DNA of 64,000 nucleotides from Felis catus (Eukaryota). The translations under genes and the position numbers were made by a program. This document shows positions 50,832 to 63,312 of this stretch, one piece after another. The DNA lies in NCBI RefSeq assembly GCF_018350175.1, contig NC_058373.1, positions 104,472,001 to 104,536,000 on the forward strand, read 5' to 3'. Position 1 is the stretch's first letter, and each line of letters opens with the position of its first letter. Under the pieces are notes generated by a model, which was not told where the DNA came from, made no database searches, and was given only the letters and a program-made list of their open reading frames with translations.

Positions 50832-51060
50832 GGGGAGCCTGGGTGGCCCAGTCGGTTAAGCGTCTGACTGTAGCTCAGGTCATGATCTCATGGTCCGTGA
50901 GTTCAAGCCCTGCATCGGGCTCTGTGCTGACAGCTCAGAGCCTGGAGCCTGCTTTGGATTCTGTGTCTCCCTCTCTCTCTGCCCCTCCCCTGCTTGTGCT
51001 CTGGGTCTCTCTCTCAAAAATAAATAAACATTAAAAAAATTTTTTAAATAAAAAAATTAA
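50832..51060 (+). mobile_element. CAN-SINE
   Basis: SINE consensus with A-rich tail. Confidence 0.9.
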
Positions 51061-52899
51061 AAAATCTTTTAAAACCTAATTAGTTTTTATTTACCTAAAA
51101 TGTGTAATTAGAAGAAAGGACTAATAATTGCTATATGTATGCTATACACATCTTGATCCTAAAAGAGTATTAATTTATTCTATCTGGAATAAGATTTTCT
51201 CTATCTATAACTAACTTTAAAGCTAAAAAAATATGTCACTTCTCCCTGTTTTTACAATGTAAAAATAAAAGCGTCTAGCACTTATTTAACACCTACCATG
51301 TGCCAAGAGCTTTACATATATGATCTCTAAACAACACAACACTGTGGGGTGGACTTTACTATTCTTATTTTACAGAGAAGGAAAGTGAATCTTCAACAGC
51401 CCAAGTAAGGGTTTAAAAAGTCGAGTCCAGTTCCAAAGTCCGTATTCTTTCCAATACGCTCTGTTGCCCTTTCCATTTCAGCTATTCAGCACTGTTGAGC
51501 TCTTTCTGTATGGAGGGGAAATAGTTCCATCGGACAGAAAATAAGGACAATTATTGTTCAGAGAGCAGGGAGATCAATTTCAGCCTGGACAGTTACAGAA
51601 TCCTTAGCAGAGGATGATGGGTTCCAGCAGATCCCAGAGCAGGGCAGGGTTTATATAGGAAGAGAGCCTGGAACAGCTTCCAACAAAGGAAAGTGGAGAT
51701 TTTGCCTTTTTAGTTGTTGAGAGCAAAAGAGGCATTTTGAAGAGGGATGATGGGTTGGAAGCAGAGTCTCATGAAGGCAAATTTGGGAGAAGAGGGCAAG
51801 ATGCACAGAACAAATAGAACCTGGAAGAAAGACATCTAATGGAAGTTGTTCAAGCAAAAACATGCTCTTTAAAGAGAGACAGGATTTCCCCTTTAGAAAT
51901 GTGTATTGCAGTAGGACCCTTTTTCCCCTGCTAAAATCCAGGCATTCACGTGGTAAAAGTCGAAAGAACACCAATAATCATAGTTTCTTGTGCTTGGAAA
52001 CTGGTCATACTTATTCTTCATGGTCACGACTGAACCCTTGTGTGATGCAACCAGAGCACCCCTTACCCCAGGTCTATGTCTGCTAGAGGGGCTGCATTCT
52101 TACTTAGGCGACCCATATATTTGTGAAGCACGTGTTCTGGATTTGTACTCTGAAGAAGATTTGGGGATTGACATGCATTTCTCCTGGCTCCCTTCTCCCA
52201 AAGAACATATGATCCTTAACACTTGCTTGTTTAGATCATTTCTGGACCCATGTCTCCATCCAGTATCAAGCATTGATTTCCTCAGTGCTGCTCAAAGTTG
52301 TCACCCTTCCCTCAACTATGGCTCCAAATCATGCCCATGTTTTATTAAGTCTACGGTTGTTTTCCTAATTCCAGCTACCTCTTATCTTGCCCATACTCAG
52401 CCTCTGACTACTCAGTCTTGTTACTCCTTACACCTTCTGTCATCTGGAGAGTTAGATTATAGGTTGACCTTGACGATTTTTGCTGAACATTCATAGAAAT
52501 CTGAAATGGATTGTTAAGTATTCCCAATGTACGTAAGAAAGAATTTCAAATCTATTTGGCTGATCCTAGATATGAATCAGCAGAAATAGTATAAAATTGC
52601 CTTTAACCTTTTTTTTGATGATAGTCTCAGTCTTAAATAATTTCCCAGATGATAGAAAGTGTTTTTCACTGCAAAAGAACAAATAACAATTTTATTAAAA
52701 ATCTCTAAGCCCCATTAACAACTCCTTGAATGTTTTTTTAATGTGATTACCTTAGGCCTCTGTCCTACTTTTAACTGCTCAGCACTCAACCCCCTTCCCA
52801 TTTAGGGGGACTTCCCCCCCCCCCCCCCCCACTACATAAGTCTTGTTGGGAAAGTGTCCCATATCCCACAATGGAAGCCAAAAGAGGCTTTTTAAAAAT

Positions 52900-53125
52900 T
52901 ATTTACTATTATCATTATTATTATTATTATTTTAGAGAGAGCACAAGAAGGGGAGAGGGGCGGGGGGAAGAGAGGGAGGGGAGGGGAGGGGAGGGAGAGG
53001 AAGAGAGAGAGACTCTTAAGCAGGCTCCATGCTCAGCACAGGGCCCAATCCCATGGTCCTTGGATCATGACCTTAGCCAAAATCAAGAGTTGAATGCTCA
53101 ACTGACCAAGCCACCCAGGCATCCT
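52900..53125 (-). mobile_element. CAN-SINE
   Basis: Antisense SINE with (TTA)n tail. Confidence 0.8.
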
Positions 53126-56005
53126 CAAATGAAGCTCTTTAGGAAGTATAACGCTCTCCCTGCCCCTGACAATGGGGGGCAGGCATGACTGGGTTTCACT
53201 CCATCAAAGCCCCGTATCCAAAACTATAAATCTCGAGAAACCAGGATGGTTAAAGTTCCATGAGCAACAGTGGCAGCCGGGTGTTGGGTTGTGATGGCAA
53301 CAGCAGTATCCTGGAGGATGTCCCGGCTGCTCGGCTGTGAAGGCCCTCAGTTCCTGCACATTTTCCAAGGTTCTATGAGTCTCCCTTCCCCAGTCCATCC
53401 ACTAAATCTCCCTTTTGCTAACCAGCCATAACAGCTTTGGAGACTCCCAGTCAAGAGCTCTAAGACCAACTCTCTAGGACTTTCATGTGCACCCAACCCC
53501 CTGGTGGCCTCTTCTCATGTCCTTTCCCCTTTTCTCTAATGTCCTCACTTGCTACTTTCCTTGTATTGTGGCCCTACGAGTAACACACTCTGTTCTCAGG
53601 GAGGGGCCCACTGAAAGATTTAGGAAGATTTAGAAAGGTGTTTTGGAATTCTTGCCAGCTAAGCTACACGAACCCAATGGCAGACATTCTCGAGGGGGTA
53701 TAGTTGGCCGTTACCTTTGCTGAACACCTGGGCACAAGTTTTCCCCTGGAAGAGAGATGGCTGATTCCTGGGGTGAAGGTGGAGAGGGAGAATCTCTATA
53801 ACCACCAACCCCACTTCTCTCCTATGTCACTCAAGGCTCTGTGATGCCAAACAGCAGGCAGAGATTCATTGACCATACAGTAAAAAGGCCTGTCCTGATG
53901 GTTCTGAAATATTCACTTTAAGCCAGAAAAACCAAAAGACATTTAGGATCAACTTTAGAATATTTCCCACGGAGACCAGCTCAATAAATTGAAGCAAGAG
54001 AGATTAAGAGAATGCTGTGCCACATACCTGGTCTGGTATAAATCTACAGCTTGGTTACTCTGGAGTATTAAATGCAGTCCTGGAAATTGTGCCTTTGAAT
54101 ACCCACCCCTGTGTCTCAGTTGGTAAGACACTGTCATTAAGACTATACAACTATTTTCTTTTTATAATACCATACACCCTATTCCTAAAGCATATACAGA
54201 TAATGTAATGGTATTAATCATATTTTACATGAATTGATTAATTTTACATTAATCATATTTCAGCTGCGGGCGGGAGTGTTTATGCTTGAAATAATAACTT
54301 CTTGTTAAAATAAGTAACTGATGCTAATTTGTATTCTAAGTCTAGATTTTTATGTTGAGCTTGCTTCCTTGAATGATCTTGTTTGCTTTTCATTAAGCCT
54401 TCACGTTGACTTTCTTCGAGTTGAGCCTTTGTCTCTTCTTCCCCTAAAGTCTTCCTTTGCTTGTAATTTGACCTGGAGTATTTACCCACGTGCATGTGCA
54501 CATGAAGGGAACTAAGATCCCTATGTACCTTACAACATCACTACCACCCTCCAGCAATGTCACTATTGCCCTGAAAATCTTGAAAAATATGCCCTACTGA
54601 CTGTAGAAACCCTTTACTTACAAATTCCTTCCTGGTAGGTTCTCCTGGAATATACTTTTCCTTCCAAATGGCCCTGGTGAATTTCATAATTGATGGATTA
54701 GACAAAGCATTCACAAGGCAGTCTCATAATTTATTCTAGTCAAAAAACAATTCAGGATAACCCAAAAGACCTGTGGCTGTTGACCTGTGTGATAACCCAT
54801 TAATTAAGAAGTTACTGATGCCTACTATGTGTCTGGCCCTCTGCTAAGTGCAAAGAAGACAAGAAGGCATGATGCTTACTCTCATTTTCCTATGGTCTAA
54901 GAGGGAAAAAGCCAATTACACAGAAATTTCTATAAACAGCACTGAATTCTGAATGGGTGGACAAGCCAGCTTTTCATCCCGGAGCCAAGGGATGGCTCAG
55001 CCCCTTGCAACTGCCAATGGTCCACCAGTAGCTTCTCATTTGGGACTTGCCTTTTAAACCAGAAGCTTATGGATCAGTTTACAAAAATATTTATGCCTTA
55101 TGCATGAGCAGAAAGAAAGAAATGGGTAGAAGAGCATGCCAGGGTACAGCTAATGCTGTTAGCATATACATTTGTCACTAGGGAGGAGGACAAGTCAGGA
55201 ACTGGCAGAGGCAGCTGCTTAGGCAGCTCCACTGTGATTTAGGCCACAATCTAAACACAACACTTTGCAAGTTTCCGCCCCGGGGGATATGGGAAAAGCT
55301 ACACGGTCAGCATCAGGTTATTTTCACAATTGTTATGGGTGTCCATACCTAGCAGGTGGGTGCACTGACATGGCCTTGAATCTAAACCTGCAAGGTTAAG
55401 TCCAAGCTCCACATTCATACAAGCCTCTTCCTCACTCACCTAGACTCTACTGTTCCTTCATCGTCCAGCTCAAGGCCTACCATCAGCTGTCTGGGTCCAA
55501 TGCCTACTTCCAAGGGCACTTGCTACCACTGATGACCTAAGCAGGGAAATGGAGTGATCAGATTTGGGTTTTTCAAAGAGTGCTCTGCAATGTGGAGAAT
55601 GGCTTGAGAGGGAGTAACACCAGAGATAGAATGACTTGTTAGGAAACCACTGGAGTGGTCTGGAGGAGAGATAATAGTGGCCTTGCAGAGGTGGTAGCAG
55701 TGAGGTCAAAGAGGAGGTTGATTTGAGAGCCACAGCACTGCCATAATTTGGTAAATGATTGGGCATGGTTGTAGGAATGAGGGTGAAGGAGTAGTCAGGA
55801 ATAAGTATCAGTTTCTGTTCGGGACAACTGAATTGATAAGACACCATTCTTAGACATGTTAAGTGTAAGGTGCATGAAAATCATTCAAGGGAGATGGATG
55901 GTGGGCAACTGACACACAAGTCCAGAGTCCAGAAGACATTTTTGGGATGGAGACATAGACTGCAGAGTCAGCAGTATATGGACAAGTCATTAAAGCTATA
56001 GGAGA

Positions 56006-56466
56006 TGTTATGGGTTGAATATATCCTACCCCGCCTCAGTTCACAAATTGAAGTCCTAATCCCTAGTAGAGCAGAATGTGACCTTATCTGGAGACAGGAT
56101 CTTTACAGAGGTAACCAAATTAAAATGAGGTCCTTAGGGTGGGCCCTAATTCCATAGGCCTGGTGTCCTTATAAAAAGGGGAAATTTGGACACAGACATA
56201 CAAACAGGGAAAACACTATGCAAGATGAAGCCAGATACTGAGGTGTTGTTTCTAGGAGTCAAAGAATGCCAAGGGTCATCAATATATCACTAGGGACTGG
56301 GCAAGAAGCATAGAACAGATTCCCTCTCACTGGCCCCAGAAGGAAGAAACCATCCTAACACTGTGATCTCAGATTTCTAGCTTCTAGAACAATGAGACAA
56401 TAAATTTCTGTTATAAGCCACTAAATTTGTGGTACTTCGTTATGGCAGCACTAGTAAACTCATACA
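56006..56466 (+). mobile_element. Complete MaLR MLT1 solo LTR inside an L2 remnant (about 55500-56700)
   Basis: tgttatgggttgaat...gaatgtgaccttatctggaga...gcagcactagtaaactcataca (TG...CA termini). Confidence 0.87.
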
Positions 56467-59400
56467 GGCAGGAATGAGATCATCCAGAGAGAGAAGGCTA
56501 ACTGAGAAACACAGATAACCAGGGCTGAGATGCAAGAAAACCAAGAATTAAAGGGGTATGAGCCTATAAAAAATAAAGCAGCCAAAAAAGTGAGGGGAAG
56601 AAACAGGAGGATGCAACAATATGGAAGCCAGAGAAAGAGAGTGGGAGGAGAAGGCCATGGCACAAAGTTTGGCTTTAGTCATTGTTGACTGTGGAAAGAA
56701 TACTGTTGGTGGAGTAGCAGGGGCAAAGGGATTGGCCTTTCCTGAGAAAGGCGTGGAAGCTGAGAAAGCACAAGCAGGAAGTGTTGACAGCACACAAGTG
56801 CAAAGAGAAAGGCATTATTTTCTACACAGATTGTGCAGATAAAGAAATGTGATGTGAAGGAGTAGACAAACCATTCCAAATCTGTTATGTAGAGGATGGG
56901 GATGGACACTTTATGCAGATGGATGGATGGAGGGACAAGATCAAGTCTCTCTGCCTTAGTTCACAGTACACTGGGGCAAAGAGACCAGAAAACAGGTGAA
57001 TTATAACCCAACATGCAAAGCCCCGGTATAGTGACAAATCCTGGGCTTGATGGAAATGAGAGTGGCAGGAAGGATGGGGACGATGACAGAGCCAGGTAAT
57101 TCAGGGTAGTCTTGTTACAAGAAAGATAATCCCTTATTCACGGTGCAAAAGATTCATAAAAATCATGCACGGTGCTGTAATCTAATAGGAGAAGACGTGA
57201 AATTTTCTTTAAGCTTCCTGAAGCCTTCCTACCCAGAATTCAGGGGAACTGATTTGGCATGTTAATTGCCTCCCTGCCCCCCACGGTCATTTCAAATGTT
57301 CAATCAAAACCCTTACTATCAAAGCCATTTCTTGGCCGGAGATGAGGAATCAATATGAAAGTGTTTGCTTTGTTTCTCTGGTAAGCAAATGAGAGTAAAT
57401 GATCTTCTGGGAGTACTGTATTCACCCATGGGAGGCAAATCAGAGCAGCTAGGAAAGTACTGGAATGCGTACTGCACTGGTACTGATGGCTGAGCATAAT
57501 AGATTTAAAAATTCTCTTGCAGAGGCAGCTCTTGCAGTCTGTTAGACACGCTCTCCTCTTGCAATCCTAAATTTATCTAATGGAGTGGAAGATACTTCCA
57601 TGGTCTGGAAGATGACTTAAATTTACCGCATAGCCCTAGAATACGTTAAAGGGTCCTGTTGGCATCGCCTTCTAAACATTCCTTAAATCTAGATCCTCTT
57701 GCCATCCTGACCCCTAAAATTCCCCACATTATCCCTCCTTTGGCTATTTCTTGCATAACTGACTGCCACATGCTCCCAATCCCCAGGGTTGCACAGAGCG
57801 GCTGTCATGTGAGGATGGAAGTTATCTGCTATCAGGGAGAAAACTCCGGTAAACCTTGACCCGCACACCTATAGCCCAGAGACGAATTTTCCCGACCCCT
57901 TGTTTTGGCTAGAGGAGATCTGGCAACTCTCATTCATTCATTCATTCATTCACTCTTACCGAGGGGTGTCCTGTGTGCCAGACGTTAAGTTAGGCTATAT
58001 GGGCTTCGAAGAGGATGAAGACCAAGTCTCTCTGCTGTGGTTCAGAATATACTGGGGCAAAGAGGCTGGGAAACAGATGAATTATAACCTAACAAGGAAA
58101 ACACTGATATGCTGACAAATCTTGGGTTTAATTAACATCAGGATCTTGAGGAACCTGAGCCTGGAGGGTCTGAGAAACTGCAAGATTCCAGAAGTAGGAA
58201 CAATACTTAATAGGGCAAACGCTTCAGATGAAGAAGACAGGACTGGTCACACAGAGTGGAATCATTAACATAAAAGAGACAGAGGAAGGCAGGACGAGAA
58301 ATTAATCATCTAACGCTATGAACACAGAGCAGATGCCCAGAGGATCCAGGATGAACACTCCGGGGAAGAGTCCTGGGGACTCTATCAGGTGGTGGAGAGA
58401 CTGAGGCCAGCAAACAAAATGAAGGAGGGTCAGAGGCAGAAGCAGAGTCACAGAGGTAAGAATTCAAGACAAGAGAGTTTATAAAAGGAGATGCCATTAA
58501 CCATTTCCATACTACCAAGAGGTCAGGGAGACTGAAGGGGGAAGAAATGCCCACTAACTATGGCTATCAGGGATGTCACAAGTGACTTATGAAGCAGTTT
58601 TTGTAGAGAGAGAGAGGAGATGAAGGAAGTGGAAGGAAGAGGAAAAAGGAGGCAGAGGTTTGAGAAAATTGCAAGGATTCAGCATCAGGGCTGAGTGAAG
58701 GGTTATTCAAGGTACGAGAAAGTTCTAGCTATGATGAAGTAGCTTGTACAGGACTAATCCTCCCTTCCACTGCAAATAAAATACAACTTGACAAACCGTA
58801 TGAGGCAACTGTTTCTAGGCACTGGCCAACAGGTGGCATGAGATTGCAATCTCTAAGAAAGGTCCTAAGGTCAGCCCCTTGATCTCCAGCTTTTCCTTGG
58901 GGACAGTTTCCTCCCCTTGGAGCACAAAGGGGAGTCTGAGCAGAGCCCTGAGGCACCACTGAGGAGAGAAGGCAGAGATCAAAGTTTGCCCCCCCTCCCC
59001 CCCGCAATTCATGGGGCAGTTGGAGAGAATGGGCCTGTGACCCCGAGACTGTCACAAGCAAGTACAAGCTTGCCTTTTACTCCAGCCAAGCCGTTGACCA
59101 CTTCTCCCCATCCAACCCCTGGGCCTGCATTCTGTGAACTCCTATTTGAGCTTCAAGACTCCATTGAAACTCTGCGCACCCTCAATGGCATTCCGTGACC
59201 ATTTGCTTTCTGTGCCTGTTCCACTTACCTAATTACGCCATACTGTATGGCAATTTTTGGTCTACTCATTTTGCCCCCTGCCTGTTAGCTTTTTACTAGT
59301 ATGGGCTCTATCTGGGCTATTTGTGTCCCTGGGCCTGGCACTCAGTAGCTTTTCATGAGCATTTGTGGAGTTGCCTGGCCCTTACGGAGAAACTTAGGGG

Positions 59401-59686
59401 CACCTGATCATGCCTGTGTTCAGTAACTTTAATGTGTATATGTCTTATCACCTGAAACATGCTTAACAAATATACGTTTCACGACTAAATGAATAAACTG
59501 ACAAGATTTAGAAAGGCCCAAATTGAGGATAAGAATGAACTTTTACTTGTTTTGAGTCTCTTACTCCTCTACCAAAGGATGTTAGGCACATGCTAACTAT
59601 CCAATAACTACTTGTGAAACTGGTTTTTAGCAGGGAAGTCAATAAACTCCAGATACCTCAAGACTCCCCCCCCCCCCCCACCTAGA

Positions 59687-61171
59687 TGCAGCTTCTCGGC
59701 TCCTTTTGGTCTCTCTGGTCCAGCCTACTCATGTCGGCTCCAGCCTCCACCATGTCCATCAGAGTGACCCAGAAGTCCCACATGGGATCCACCTCTGGCC
59801 CCCCGGGGCCTTCAGCAGCTTCTCATACAAGTGTGTGTTGTGCCAAATCTGCTTCTACGCTTTCTCCTGAGTGGGCAGCAGCTTCTGGGGTGGCCTGGAC
59901 ACCAGCATGAGTACGGTCTGGGCATATGGCGGGTCTGGGGGTTTGGGGGGAGGGCGGGCATCACAGCTGTCTCCTGCAGCAGAAAACAGCTCAAAGCAAC
60001 AAGAACAATGTGCTCAGGAGCTACATCAACAAGCTTTGCTGGCAGCCGGACACCGTGGTCCAGGAGAAGCTGAAGCTGGAGGCGGTGCTTGGCAATACGC
60101 AGGGGCTGGCGGAGGACTTCAGAATAAATACAAGGAAGAGATCAAAGAGCGTGCAGAGATGGGGAATGCATTTGTCGTCAAGAAGGCTGTGGATGAAGCT
60201 TGCACGAACGAGACAGAGCTGGAGTCGGCCCGGAGGGGCTGGCCCACCAGATGGCCTTCCCCAGGTTGCAGTGTGAAGAGGAGAGCCGAGAGCTACGGCC
60301 ACAGCTCTCCAACATCTCCACGGTCCTCCCCGGGGACAGCTGCTGCTCCCTGGACCACATGGCATCATCACCAAGGTGAAGGCTCAGTACGAGGAGATTG
60401 CTCAGATTGTCACGGGCCGAGATTGAAGGCTGTACCAGATCAAGTAGTAGGAACGCAGACGTTGTCTGGGAAGCACGAAGATGGAGATTTCCTAGATGAG
60501 CCAGAACATCAGCCGACCCCTGGCTAAGATCCAGGGCCCCAAAGGCTTTGGCGGAGGCTGCCCTTGCTGATTGCTGGGAAGCGTCAGGAAGTGGGTGATT
60601 CAGGAAGCTGTTGTGACGGGCTGCGAGAATACCGGGAACACGTGAATGTCAGGCTGGTCCTGGACAGCGAGATCGCCACCTACCGAAGCTGCTGGAGTCT
60701 GGGACACAGAACATGTATATCCCTAATGGGACCACCAAGGGGACTCAGGTGGCCTGAGCTCCGCACACAGGGTCTCACCGGCCCTGGCATCCGCTACGGT
60801 CTGGGCTCCTTCCAGTCCAGCTTAGGCTCTGGTGGGGACTTGAACTCCTTCAGGCACGTCAACTCCACCAAGGCCGTGGTTGTGAAGAAGATGGAGACTC
60901 GCAACAGAAACTGGCACCCGAGTCCTGTGATGTCCTGTCCAAGTGAACAGCCACTGAGGTCCTTCCCAGTCTCCACCCTCCTGTGGCTGCCATAGAGCCT
61001 TTGGGGGAAGGAGCTGTGCAGGGGAGAGTGGGGAACAGAAGACTCACCTGAGGCTCAGCCCTGTCCCCAGCCTACCTTGGTGGGGAGTCTACTGCCCCGC
61101 CTACTCCATCTTGGCCATGCCCCCAACTAAAACGCCAATTCGGGTGTCTTTTCCAAAATAACCTTCAGCTG
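59687..61171 (+). pseudogene. KRT8: Keratin 8 processed pseudogene (intronless, frameshifted, internally deleted)
   Basis: Kozak ATG at 59752 (MSIRVTQKS). Fragments LLQQKTAQSN, NKYKEEI, IITKVKAQYEEIA, LDSEIATYR, STKAVVVKKMETR. Former stop TGA at 60944-60946, then KRT8-like 3' UTR. No introns; many frameshifts and stops. Confidence 0.93.
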
Positions 61172-61401
61172 TTTTTTTTTTCTTTAATTTTTTTTTCAAC
61201 ATTTTTATTTATTTTTGGGACAGAGAGAGACAGAGCATGAACGGGGGAGGGGCAGAGAGAGAGGGAGACACAGAATCGGAAACAGGCTCCAGGCTCCGAG
61301 CCATCAGCCCAGAGCCTGACGCGGGGCTCGAACTCACAGACCGCGAGATCGTGACCTGGCTGAAGTCGGACGCTTAACCGACTGCACCACCCAGGCGCCC
61401 C
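61172..61401 (-). mobile_element. Young feline CAN-SINE inserted in the KRT8 pseudogene 3' end
   Basis: TSD cttcagctg at 61163-61171 and 61403-61411. Confidence 0.92.
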
Positions 61402-62377
61402 ACTTCAGCTGGTTTTGCTTCTAACCCCCAAAAGGGTTTCCTTATATTTGCATCTTTGAAATGTGAGCACGACATAGAAACTGCACTGGCAATTGCCTTT
61501 AGATCTCTCATGAATGCCAGGTGCAGTTGACTCTAAGGAGCTATCGTATTTAAGATCTGGACAGCAAGGACAGGATTGCTTTTGTGTCTCTGTTTCTATC
61601 TTCTGGATGAAAACCATTAACAGACATGCTGAGCTGGTCAGATCAGCAGGTGCATAGAACAGAATCAGCTCTCCAGGATTTCTGGCCAATCTTAATAGAG
61701 TAATTATATAAAATATTATGTATCTGGTTCCATCAGGGGTTTAGATCAAAAGTGAAATATGCGAGGCTTGATACCTACAAAGTCTTGTTGAGGGACAAAA
61801 GGAGAGCCTGTCATACACTCCCCCGAGAAGATGGCTGTTTATGACTCTCCCTGCATCCCCATCTCTCCTCACCAATAGAGTTACAAGCTCTAGGTCTCTC
61901 TGTCCTCCAGAGTCTCAGTGGTTCCAATGACACTTTCTGATACCCCAGTAACTTGGAATAGCATTCACTAAGAGGCATTTCTATATAGCAACACTCAGAG
62001 GAAACTTGTTCCCATCTGAGATTTAACACGAATTCTTTTTCTGGAAGCTGCTGACAGCATAGCTTCCAAGGATTTTCTAAGGTCCAGCATGGCTCCCAGC
62101 ATAGTCTCCTTAGAGTGTAATTTCTGCACTACAGCACAGATTCGGAAGTCAGATGACCCAGGACGGAATATCAGCTCTGCTTCTCACCATGTTGTGCTCT
62201 TTCCTCTCTAACCTTCAGTTTCTTCACTGACAAGAAGGAGAGTGATATCTCCCTAGCAGGGATGTTGTAAGAATTAGCTGAGATAATGTACCTTGTTGTT
62301 GTCATTTTATTTGCAGAACATCATAGCACCTGGAATGGTGACTTTCACCCAGAAGGGCTCTCAAAAAATATATACTA

Positions 62378-62590
62378 GGTCGCCTGGGTGGCTCAGTCAG
62401 TTGAGCGTCTGACTTAGGCTCAGGTCATGATCTCAAGGTTCGTGGGCTCGAGCCCCACGTTGGGCTCTGTGCTGACAACTCGGAGCCTGGAGTGTGCTTT
62501 GGATTCTGTGTCTCCCTCTCTCTCTGCCCCTCCCCTGCTTGTGCTGTCTCTGTATGTCTATCAAAAATAAATAAACATTAAAAAAATGTT
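62378..62590 (+). mobile_element. CAN-SINE
   Basis: SINE consensus with A-rich tail. Confidence 0.9.
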
Positions 62591-63227
62591 TTTTTAATGT
62601 ACTGATTGAATTTTACTTAAGCTCAAAGCATATATCATAGGCAAAATTTGACTTATAAACTGGAGTTTTTCCCAACTCTAAATGCATTTCCCCACATAAA
62701 CAAAGTTATAAATTGTGGTTTGACCAAATATTGGTACTAAAATCCCATTTAATGCATAATGTTTTTAAAATACTGTACATTTGCAGTGAGGAAGCACAGT
62801 CATTAAGCAAAACAAGACAACATTGACTAAAAGCAGTTTTATATTTATCTAGAACATTTGCAGTTGAGGAAACATAGATTTAATTTAAGGAAGAGGAAGA
62901 AGTTGTAAATAATGATTGGAGGGGATCCTGAGGGAAATTTCTGTGTGTTTCCCAAAAGCTCTCAGTGTCGATGCCCTGAATCTTTATTCTGTTTAATTTC
63001 CCATCAAACCTTAGGACTTCCTTCTTCAATACAGCTATCAAATTCCTTATCAACATGACAGACATTTCTTTTAGCTCAGAAATGGTGGGGTTTCAAGAAT
63101 GCAGTTGTTATTTCCCAAGAAACAGGCAACTAGAGGGAAAAACAGGATGCATGAGAGAGAAACAGGGATTTTTATAATAACTCTAAGAAAAGGTGAAAAA
63201 GAATTGGGAAGTAAATGGAGTTATAAA

Positions 63228-63230
<3 letters not shown>

Positions 63231-63297
<67 letters not shown>

Positions 63298-63312
63298 AGA
63301 GAGAGAGAGAAA
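63231..63312. repeat. Compound (GT)n(GA)n microsatellite
   Basis: Direct observation. Confidence 0.95.

Noticed and set aside
1825..51034. Recurrent ORFs of the MAQSVKRPTSAQVMIS / GAPGWRSRLSVRLQPGHDL type suggesting a repeated gene family or array
   Set aside because: All are translations of dispersed CAN-SINE copies. They are not coding genes, CRISPR repeats or genuine tRNA genes despite the tRNA-derived head.
51990..52496. 168-aa ORF
   Set aside because: No recognisable homology, non-ATG start and no supporting exon structure; a chance ORF.
58823..58840. CTCF-like motif tggccaacaggtggca
   Set aside because: One core mismatch, located in a probable old L1 fragment, with no independent support.
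59871..60995. 218-aa and 143-aa ORFs as a functional retrogene or new gene
   Set aside because: They are mosaics of out-of-frame KRT8 fragments in GC-rich pseudogene sequence with deletions and frameshifts.
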